NCBI GenBank assembly: GCA_000388065.2
Contig: KB932205.1
DNA: 20,756 bases
Reading direction: 5' to 3' (one strand)
Source of the DNA: Fonticula alba ATCC 38817
Taxonomy: Eukaryota > Protista > Nucleariida
Both the position numbers and the translations under genes were made by a program. Below, in pieces: positions 1 through 9,209 of this stretch (position 1 is its first letter; the number at the start of each line of letters is the position of its first letter). Under the pieces are notes generated by a model that did not search any database, was not told the origin of the DNA, and worked only from the letters and a program-made list of their open reading frames with translations.

Positions 1-376
1 GCGGGCCCGGTCTCGCCGAATGTTCTCACCCTCGCTCGCCTCCGTCGCGCGCTTACTCCCTTGCGCGCCCCCCCCCCCCCCCCCCCAGGGGGGAGGGCTC
101 GGGCCCTGCAGCGTCGCCCCCCCCTCCCCCCCCCTTGGACGGAGCGCTGGGCATCGGGTGTCCGCCGGGAGGGGCGATGAAAAGGCCCGCGGCCCGAGGC
201 CCGGCACCGCGGGGGCCCGGCCGGCATCTCACTCCGCCCTGTCCCCGACAACTCGCCGGCCCATCTCGGCCGTTCCGCCCCTGCGGCCCGCTCTTCCCTT
301 CTCCCCCTCCCTTGCCTCTGTACGCGCGCGCGCGCACGCGCGCCCATCCGCCACTTGCCGCCGCCGGCCGCCCCGC

Positions 377-609
377 GCCTGCCACGCGCCCGCCCCGCCG
401 GCTGCCACGCGCCCGCCCCGCGTCTGCCACTTGCCGCCGCTGGCCACCCCGCGCCTGCCCCGCGCCTGCCCCGCGCCTGCCCCGCGCCCGCCCCGCCGGC
501 TGCCACGCGCCTGCCCCGCGCCTGCCCCGCGCCTGCCCCGCGCCCGCCCCGCGCCCGCCACGCCGGCTGCCACGCGCCCGCCCCGCGCCCGCCACGCCGG
601 CTGCCACGC
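377..609. repeat. 11-12 nt GC-rich minisatellite ending 1 nt before the gene 1 ATG
   Basis: Unit variants gcctgccccgc / gcccgccccgc / gcccgccacgc / cggctgccacgc. About 5 units at 377-432 and 14 contiguous units at 453-609. 453-496 = 509-552 and 542-575 = 576-609. Confidence 0.9.
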
Positions 610-610
610 G

Positions 611-3600
611 ATGGACCCACGCGCGCGTCTGCTTTTGCTGCTGGCGGCCGCCACCTTGGGGCTGCTGCTGGCCTGCCTGCCGGCCGCCACCGCGTCCACC
701 AGCCTGTCCTTCCCCATCCCCATCCCCGGGTTCGGTGGCAACCTGCAGCCCTCCTCGCGCGACTGCCCCCCGGGCCAGGGGTGCGCCACGTGCGACCCGA
801 ATGGCAGGTGCCTGACCTGCCCGCTCGGCGACCTCCTCCTGAGGGACGCCTGCGTGGCCCGGTGCCCGAGCCGGCATGTGGCCATCGGCGACTGGTGCGT
901 CGCCTGCCCGGATGGCTGCCTGGAGTGCGCCGGGCCCGAGGCAAGCTGCTCCGCCTGCCAGACCGGCATGATCCTCTTCCAGGGGGCCTGCCATGAGGCC
1001 TGCCCGGAGGGGTCGGCCCCGGTGGGCACCGGCCCGGCGGCCGGCTGCGTCCCCTGCCCGGAGCCCTGTGGCACGTGCGCCGACGCCGGCCAAACGTGCA
1101 CCTCCTGCGCCGAGGGCTTCACCCAGGTGCCCGGGACCACGCAGTGCGTCGCCTGCCCGGAGGGGTGCGCCAGCTGCGCGGACCCCGGCGGCCCGTGTGT
1201 CCGGTGCAAGGTGTCCTTCCGCCGGACCACCGCCGGCCAGTGCGTCCCCTGCCCGGCGGGCTGCGGCAATTGCAATGGCCGGCCGGACATCTGTGCGCAA
1301 TGCCTGCCGGGGGGCGGGCTGCTCTACCAAACCCAGTGCGTCCCGGCCTGCCCGCCGGCCTACTTCCACCGCATCGGTAATTGCATGCCGTGCTACCAAA
1401 ATTGCAGCGAGTGCCGCGACTCGCGCGCGTGCATCCTCTGCACGGGCGACATGCTGCTGCAGGGGGGCATATGCGTGGACCGGTGCGCGGCCGGCCGCTA
1501 CAAGCACCCGGACCTGGCGGCCTGCTACGACTGCGCGGCCAATTGCGCCGCCTGCACCGGGCCCGGCGACATGTGCACCGCCTGTCGGCAGGGGTTCTTC
1601 CTGTCGGCCGACCGGCCCGGGGCCTGTGTCCCCTGCGCGGCCGGCTGCGCCAAGTGCGCCGGGCCCAGCGGCGCGTGCGTCGAGTGCGAGCCGGGCTTCT
1701 TCGGCCCCGGCTCCCAGCCCGGGGGGTGTGCCCCCTGCGGCCCGGGGTGTGCCCAGTGCGCCGGGCCCGAGGGGGCATGCACCGCCTGCCAGCCGGGGTT
1801 CTTTGCGCCGGCCGACCGGCCGGCCGTGTGCCTGCCCTGCGGGGCCGGCTGCGCCGAGTGCACCGGGCCGCAGGGCGGCACCTGCCTGGCCTGCCGGCCG
1901 GGCTTCCACCAGCAGGACGACCGGTGCCTGCCCTGCGGGGCCGGCTGCGAGGAGTGCGACGCCGCCGGCCGCTGCAAGCGCTGCCTGCCGCGCCATACCA
2001 TCGGCTTCCGCAGCACCGAAGCCCAGTGCTTCCCCTGCGCCCCGGGCTGCGAGCAGTGCACCCACGTCCTGGGCTGCAGCGCCTGCCAGCCCGGCACCGT
2101 GCTCACCGGCCGGGGCGAGTGCCTGCCCTGCTCGGAGCACTGCTCCACCTGCCAAATGGGCCAGTGCATGGCCTGCGACCGGGGCCACCATCTGGGCCCC
2201 GGGGGCCGGTGCCTGCCCTGCCCGGAGTCCTGCACCGAGTGCACCGATGACGGCCGGTGCACCGCCTGCCACAAGGGCTTCGGCTACAGCCCGGACGGCG
2301 TGTGTGTCCCCTGCCCCGGGGGCTGCACCAGCTGCACGGCCCTCCGGGGGTGCATCTCCTGCCCGGACGGCTTCGTCCTCCACCAGGGCCTGTGCATGGG
2401 CAACTGCCCGGCCGGCTTCGTGGCCCGCGGCAACGACTGCATCCCCTGCCCGGCCGGCTGTCGAATGTGCCTGCTCCGGTCGATGGGCTGCTCCGAGTGC
2501 CAGACCGGCTTCTACCTGGTGGCCGGGGCCTCGGAGGGCGAGTCCCGCTGCGTGCCCTGCCCCGGGGCCGGGTGCATCGAGTGCGACCCGGCCCGGCCGG
2601 CCGTCTGCCGGGCATGCGCCCTGGGCCATGCCCTCCGGGAGGGCACCTGCCAGGCATGCGCCCCGGGCTGTGACCGGTGCGCCGGGCAGCCGCCGCACGC
2701 GTGCGACGCCTGCACGCCGGGCTTCCTGCCGGACCCGGACCAGGCCGGCGGGTGTGTCGCCTGCGCGGAGCACTGCCTCCGGTGCGCCTCGCCCGGCCCG
2801 GGCCAGCCCCCGGCGGCCACCTGCGCCGAGTGCCACCGCGGCTTCTTCCTGGACACCGGGCCCGAGGGGCCGGTGTGCCGGGCCTGCCCCGACACCTGCG
2901 AGGCCTGCTCGGCCGGCGGCCGGTGCACCTCCTGCCACAAGGGGCTGCACCTGTATGAGGGCACCTGCGTGCCTGCCTGCCCGGCCGGGTCGTACCCCGA
3001 CGGGCAGGGCCGGTGCCCGCTCTGCCCGGCGACCTGTGTCACCTGCACGACGGGGCACATGTGCACCGCCTGCCCGGCCGGGCGCATCCTCCAGGGCGGC
3101 GCCTGCCTGGAGGCCTGCCCCGACCGGACCTTCCCGGACCCGGCGGCCCCGGACCAGTGCCGCTTCTGCCCGACCGGCTGCGCCACATGCACCTCGGCCG
3201 GCCAGTGCGACAGCTGCCTCGAGGGGTACGTCCTGTCGGCCGGCCCGGGCGGCGACACCATCTGCCAGCTGTGTGCCCCATACTGCGCCGAGTGTGTCCC
3301 CGGCCCGGGGGGCCTGGCCGACGCGGCCGAGTGTGTCCGGTGCGCCGGGGACTTCCACCTGGTGGCCGGCAGGTGCCGGGGCTGCCCGGCCGACTGCGCC
3401 GCCTGCGACGCGAGCAACATCTGCACCCGGTGCCGCGACCCGGCCACCTACCTGGCCGATCGCCGGTGCATGCCGTGCGCGGAGCACTGCGCCGCCTGCG
3501 CCGGGCCCCGGTGCGACCAGTGCGCCGAGGGGCATTTCGTGGTGCCGGCCAGCGGCCAGTGCGCCGCCTGCCCGGAGGGCTGCCACACCTGCGCCCAGGC

Positions 3601-5180
3601 CGACCGGTGTGATGTCTGCCAGGCCGGGCGGTACCTGGACCCGGCCGGGGGGGCCTGCCCCCGGTGCCCGGCCGGCTGCACGGCCTGCTCCGGGGCCGAT
3701 CGGTGCACGGCCTGCGCGCCCGGCCGGTACCTGGCCCCGGGCGACGGGGCCTGCCGGGCCTGCGCCGAGGGGTGCACCGCGTGCGCCGGCGGCCCGGGCC
3801 AGTGCACCGCCTGCCAGGATGGCCGGTACCTGGACGCCGGGGCCTGCCGGGCCTGCGGGGCCGGGTGCGCCGCGTGCGCCGGCGGCCCGGACCAGTGCAC
3901 CGCCTGCCAGGCCGGCTGGTACCTGGACGCCGGGGCCTGCCGGGCCTGCGGGGCCGGGTGCGCCGCCTGCACCGGGCCCGACCAGTGCACCGCCTGCGCC
4001 GAGGGGTACTTCCCGGTGGCCGAGGCGCCCGGGTGCCGGGCCTGCGCGGCCGGGTGCGCCACCTGCACCGAGGCCGGCCGGTGCACCGGCTGCCCGGCCG
4101 GCCGGTACCTGGACCCCGGCCCGGGCGCCTGCCTGGCCTGCCTGGACCGGTGCCTTGACTGCACGGCGGCCGGCCAGTGCCGGCACTGCGAGCCCGGGTT
4201 CTTCCGGCGCTCCGGCCCGGAGGGGGTGTCGTGCGCCGGCTGCCCGGAGCACTGCCTCGACTGCCAGGCCGAGGGCCAGTGCAGCGCCTGCGCCGAGGGC
4301 CACCGGCTGGCCCAGGCCGGGGCCCGGTGCGAGCGGTGCCCCGGCTGGCCGGCGTGCGTGGCCTGCGGCCCGGAGGACGACTGCACCGCCTGCGCGGCCG
4401 GCTTCCACCTGGCCCCGGGCCCGGGGCCCGGGCCGGCCACCTGCCAGCCCTGCGGCCAGGGGTGCGCCCAGTGCGCCGGGGCCGACGGCGACTGCCGGGC
4501 CTGCGGGCCGGGCTTCGTCCTGGTGCCCGGCGGGGCGGCCGGGGCCCAGCACCGGTGCCAGGCCTGCCCGGAGGCCTGCGCCCAGTGCTCGGTCCCCGGG
4601 CAGTGCGACGCCTGCCAGCCGGGCCGGTGGCTGACGCGCGACGGCCAGTGCGCCGGCGCCTGCCCGGCCGGCGACTTCGCCGACCCCTCCACCGGCGCCT
4701 GTGCCCCCTGCCACCCGGCGTGCGCGGCCTGCTCCGGGCCCGGGCCGGGCGACTGCACGGCCTGCTCCGGCGGGGCCCGGCTCGGGGGCCCGGGCGACCA
4801 GCCGGCCGGCCCCTGCGAGCCGGCCTGCGCCGCCGAGCCGCCGGCCTGCGCCGCCGAGTGCGCCCCCGGGTGCGACCGGTGCGATGGCCTCGGGCCGGGC
4901 AGCCGGTGCTTGCGCTGCCCCGGCCCGGGGGCCATGCTGACGGCCGATGGCCGGTGCGCGGCGGCCTGCCCGGCCGGGCAGGTGCCCATCCAGGCCGGCC
5001 CGGAGCGCCACTGTGCCCGGTGCTCCGGGCTCTGCGGGGCCGGGTGCGCCGGCCCGGCGGCCGACCAGTGCACCGCCTGCCCGGCCGACCGGCCGCTCCT
5101 CCAGGCGGGCCGGTGCGTGGCCCGGTGCTCGGCGGCCGGCTGGTTCCTCGACCCCGGCGCCGCGGCGTCATCCCCCGGCA

Positions 5181-5221
<41 letters not shown>

Positions 5222-6567
5222 AGCGGCAGCGGCAGCGGCAGCGGCAGCGGCAGCGGCAGCGGCAGCGGCAGCCCCGAGCAGGCCCCCGCACGGTGCCAGC
5301 CCTGCGACGCGTCGTGCGCCCGCTGCATGGGCCCCGGGCCGGAGGAGTGCACCGCCTGCCCGGTGGACGACATCTTCGTGCCGGTGCCGGGGCCGGAGCA
5401 GGCCGAGCCCCGGGGCGCCTGCGTGTCGGCCTGCCCGGGGGAGTGCGCGGCCTGCGGCCCGGCCGGGCTCGACCCGGCGGCCGACCCCCCGCCGTGCACG
5501 GCCTGCGTCGAGGGCTTCCTGCTGGAGGAGGGCGCCTGCCGGGAGGCCTGCTCGGCCGGCCGGTACCCCGGGCCGGGGAACGTCTGCCGGGCCTGCGCCG
5601 ACGAGTGCGCCACATGCGCCGGGCCCGGGCCCGAGGAGTGCCGGGACTGTGCGCCGGGCGGCCCCGGGGCCGGGCCCGGCACGTGGGCCAGCCCGGCCCG
5701 CGGCCCCGGCGACATCGGCCCGTGCGTGGGCGCCTGCCCGGCCGGGCACTTCGGCCATGCCCCCTCGCGCCAGTGCCGGGCCTGCCACAGCGAGTGCGCC
5801 GAGTGCTCCGGGCCCGGGGCCGGCGATTGCACCGCCTGCCACGGGTCGCTCGCCCTGCTGGAGGGCATCTGCCTGGGGGCCTGCCCGGAGTGGGGCTTCT
5901 GGGCGGACGCCGCGGCCGCCGGCCAGTGCCGGGCCTGCCTCGAGGGCTGCGCCCGGTGCGCCGGCCAGGACACCTGCACCGAGTGCCAGCCGGGCCGGCA
6001 CCTGGTGCGGGGGCCCGCGGCCGAGGGGGACCGCCCGGCCGGGCCGGACGCCTGCCCGACCGCCTGCCCAGCCGGCTTCTTCAGCGAGCCGGTCCCCGGG
6101 TCCGGCGGCCGGCTGGCCACCTGCCAGGCCTGCGCCGCCTCCTGCCACCAGTGCACCGGCCCCGAGCCGGAGCACTGCCAGGTGTACCCGTGCCAGGTGA
6201 CCAACACCTGCTCCCGATCGTCCAGTACGTGTGCCCGCGCGCCTGCCCTTGCCAAGGGGGGCGCGGCCGCCGGGGCCCCCCCCCCCCCCTCTCGCCCGCC
6301 TGCGTGTGCGCGCGGCCGCCACTAACCATGCGCCTGCTGCCCGTCCCCCCCCCCCCTCTCCCCCCCGGCCCCCGGCCCCCGGCCCCGGTCGCGCGTGTGG
6401 TGCTGCCGTCTTGGTGTGCAGGGCTCGCGGCCGTGGTCGGCCTGTCGGTCGGCCTCAGCGTGCTGGCCCTCCTCCTGGTGGCCGGGCTCTTCTTCTACAT
6501 CTTCTTCTTCCGCATCCGGGCGAAGGCCCCGGCCCAGCCGGACACCGAGCTGCAGGTCATCGAGTGA
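611..6567 (+). CDS. Cys-rich furin-like (FU/CxxC) repeat type I membrane surface protein without kinase; join(611..6224,6422..6567), ~1919 aa
   Basis: ATG 611 opens a signal peptide (MDPRARLLLLLAAATLGLLLACLPAATAS). Continuous CxxC...CxxC...CxxC repeats with near-100% GC3 follow. A phase-1 GT-AG intron joins to a TM helix (LAAVVGLSVGLSVLALLLVAGLFFYIFFF) and tail RIRAKAPAQPDTELQVIE, stop TGA 6565-6567. Confidence 0.88.
3781..3966 (+). repeat. 93-nt (31-aa) in-frame tandem duplication of one Cys-rich module
   Basis: gtgcgccggcggcccgg at 3781 and 3874; 49-nt identical block at 3825-3873 and 3918-3966. Confidence 0.9.
5177..5272 (+). repeat. Coding (GGC)n/(GGCAGC)n microsatellite encoding a poly-Gly/(Gly-Ser)n linker
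   Basis: Directly visible; encodes GSGGGGGGGGGGGGGSGSGSGSGSGSGSGSGS in the gene 1 frame. Confidence 0.95.
6225..6421 (+). other. Spliceosomal intron of gene 1 (197 nt, phase 1)
   Basis: Donor GTACGT at 6225, branch motif CACTAAC 6320-6326, no AG from there to tgcAG 6420-6421. The join a|gg (Arg) puts the TM exon in frame. Confidence 0.85.
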
Positions 6568-7026
6568 GGAGCCGGGGCCCCGGCACACCACGAGCCCGAA
6601 GCGAGCGAGGCCACATCCGGCCGGGGGCGAGGCCGGCAGCCACGGCGCCGGGGGGGGGGGGGGGCGGGCGGGGCCAGGGGGAGACCGGCGAGAAATGCGC
6701 CGCGCCATCGTGTGCCCGCACAGTCGCGGGCAGCTGCTGGCACTTCGGCGGTCCGCCCGCCTCCGCCCGGATCCGCGCGCCTCCTGGCAGGTCTCAACAC
6801 CTTCCGGGGGCGGCTGCCTCCCCCCCCCCCCCCCCCCCCCCCCCCCGCTTTTTCCCCCTCACATGTGTGCCGCGCAAGCGCCGGCCGAAATACACCTCCA
6901 TCCATGGAGCCTGAGTTAAGCCCGGGCCGCCCCCGCCGCCGCTGAGCTAAGCGTCCAACGGCGATAGCCCTGCCCGGCGGGGCTCTACCGGGGCCCGAGG
7001 TCCGGGGCGCGGACCAACCTCGGTGC

Positions 7027-7035
7027 TATTTATAT
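7027..7035 (+). promoter_or_regulatory. TATA-like element upstream of tRNA-Val
   Basis: tatttatat at about -34 to -26 from the mature 5' end in a very GC-rich background; this is the position of Pol III tRNA TATA elements in S. pombe and plants. Confidence 0.55.
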
Positions 7036-7060
7036 GCCCAGAGGCCGGGGCCCTCCCTCA

Positions 7061-7134
7061 GTCCGAATGATGTAGATGGTTATCATATCTGTCTAACACA
7101 CAGAATGTCCCAGGTTCGAGTCCTGGTTCGGACA
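7061..7134 (+). tRNA. tRNA-Val(AAC), intronless
   Basis: Cloverleaf: acceptor GTCCGAA/TTCGGAC, anticodon stem TCTGT/ACAGA with loop CT-AAC-AC (AAC 7095-7097), T-arm CCAGG-TTCGAGT-CCTGG, discriminator A. Confidence 0.96.
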
Positions 7135-7142
7135 GACTTTCC

Positions 7143-7148
7143 TTTTTT
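7143..7148 (+). terminator. Pol III oligo-T terminator (T6)
   Basis: TTTTTT beginning 9 nt after the tRNA-Val 3' end. Confidence 0.8.
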
Positions 7149-8205
7149 GGCTGTGGGGGCCCCCTGGGGGGAGGGGGAGCGCCGCCCGTGTGTCCGTGCG
7201 CGGGACACAATCAAAACAATAGGCCGGGGGGTGGGGGAGAGGGGGGGGGGCCGCACGCTGCTGCGTGTTTGTGTGCTTGGGTGTCGTCGGAGGATGGCCT
7301 CGGCCGCGCAGGCATTTTCCCCGCGACGAGGGCGGCTTCCCAGGATTGTTCCCCCGCGGCCGCCGGTGGGGGGGACACGGCATGGCAGGCAACTTTCCCT
7401 GGCGCCGGGGGATGTTGCCTTGGCAGGACTGCCTGTTCGCGGGCCGTCGGGGGGGGGGGGGGGGGGGGGGCCGGCCGGTCCCATCGTTCCGGGGGGGGGA
7501 CGATGCCGGCCGTGACGGAGGGTGAAACGACCGGCCGCCGGGGCTGCGCGCACTGAGCGGCGCATGCCCCTGGGGTCCGTGCGGTTGGGCGCCCGCACGA
7601 GGCACGTCCCGCGGCCCCTCGCTCTTTGGCCGTCGCTGCTGCTGCTGCGGCGGCGGCGGCGGCGGCGGCGCTCCGGCATCCGGGAGCGCATGCCAGACGA
7701 GGAATGGGCCGGCGGGAGGTTGTTCGCAAGCGATGTTGATGTCGCTTGCCGGGTGAGCGGGGGCGAACCCGGGCCGGCGGCATTCTGTTCGCCCCCTCCG
7801 GCCGATGTGCAACGGTTCTGGACCGCGTGTGTAGGCGTGTGCATCATTGCCGGGTGTTGTTTTGATATGCTCGCCGCAGGCCGGCCTTGACCGCTGAGGA
7901 GCAGGGGGGCGGGGGATGCGGGACAGGGCGCGCGGGCCCGGGCGTGAGGGCGCGCCGGCCCCCGGCCGGGGCCCCGGCGCCCGCCGGATGGCGCGATCAA
8001 CGGTCCCCCGGGAGCGCCGGGGCGAGTGAGACACAGTGCTACATGGCCGGGTCGCCGGCCGGGGGCGGGCGGGCGGGCGGGGGGGGGGAGGGAGCCTGGC
8101 CGTCTTAGCCCCTCCACCCGCCTCGGCCCTCCCCCGGTCCCTGCCCTGGGGGAAACCACCCGGAGGAGGGGGCCGGAATCGGCCCTGCTCCCAACCACGA
8201 CGCCC

Positions 8206-9188
8206 NNNNNNNNNNNNNNNNNNNNNNNNNNNNNNNNNNNNNNNNNNNNNNNNNNNNNNNNNNNNNNNNNNNNNNNNNNNNNNNNNNNNNNNNNNNNNNN
8301 NNNNNNNNNNNNNNNNNNNNNNNNNNNNNNNNNNNNNNNNNNNNNNNNNNNNNNNNNNNNNNNNNNNNNNNNNNNNNNNNNNNNNNNNNNNNNNNNNNNN
8401 NNNNNNNNNNNNNNNNNNNNNNNNNNNNNNNNNNNNNNNNNNNNNNNNNNNNNNNNNNNNNNNNNNNNNNNNNNNNNNNNNNNNNNNNNNNNNNNNNNNN
8501 NNNNNNNNNNNNNNNNNNNNNNNNNNNNNNNNNNNNNNNNNNNNNNNNNNNNNNNNNNNNNNNNNNNNNNNNNNNNNNNNNNNNNNNNNNNNNNNNNNNN
8601 NNNNNNNNNNNNNNNNNNNNNNNNNNNNNNNNNNNNNNNNNNNNNNNNNNNNNNNNNNNNNNNNNNNNNNNNNNNNNNNNNNNNNNNNNNNNNNNNNNNN
8701 NNNNNNNNNNNNNNNNNNNNNNNNNNNNNNNNNNNNNNNNNNNNNNNNNNNNNNNNNNNNNNNNNNNNNNNNNNNNNNNNNNNNNNNNNNNNNNNNNNNN
8801 NNNNNNNNNNNNNNNNNNNNNNNNNNNNNNNNNNNNNNNNNNNNNNNNNNNNNNNNNNNNNNNNNNNNNNNNNNNNNNNNNNNNNNNNNNNNNNNNNNNN
8901 NNNNNNNNNNNNNNNNNNNNNNNNNNNNNNNNNNNNNNNNNNNNNNNNNNNNNNNNNNNNNNNNNNNNNNNNNNNNNNNNNNNNNNNNNNNNNNNNNNNN
9001 NNNNNNNNNNNNNNNNNNNNNNNNNNNNNNNNNNNNNNNNNNNNNNNNNNNNNNNNNNNNNNNNNNNNNNNNNNNNNNNNNNNNNNNNNNNNNNNNNNNN
9101 NNNNNNNNNNNNNNNNNNNNNNNNNNNNNNNNNNNNNNNNNNNNNNNNNNNNNNNNNNNNNNNNNNNNNNNNNNNNNNNNNNNNNNNN
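8206..9188. other. Assembly gap (983 N)
   Basis: Run of N; hides the upstream region of the receptor kinase gene. Confidence 1.
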
Positions 9189-9209
9189 CCCCCCCCGCTG
9201 TGTGCCGCC

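Noticed and set aside
20-610. In-frame upstream ATG 20 extending gene 1 by 197 aa
   Set aside because: The extension is Pro/Arg low-complexity translation of poly-C and the minisatellite; the signal peptide begins at ATG 611.
53-6255. Very long antisense and alternate-frame ORFs (53..5011, 993..4634, 3448..6255 and others)
   Set aside because: Shadows of a GC3-saturated coding strand with few stop codons; no domain-like sequence.
6875-6955. Minus-strand tRNA beginning GGACGCTTAGCTCAGCGG, or a hammerhead ribozyme (GAAA...CTGA)
   Set aside because: No matching acceptor 3' strand or TTCGA T-loop; the hammerhead core CTGANGA is not present.
7522-7890. 122-aa ORF with a hydrophobic C-terminal stretch, and overlapping minus-strand ORFs
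   Set aside because: No recognisable domain or signal peptide; crosses a GCT/GCG microsatellite. An exon of a gene hidden in the gap cannot be fully excluded.
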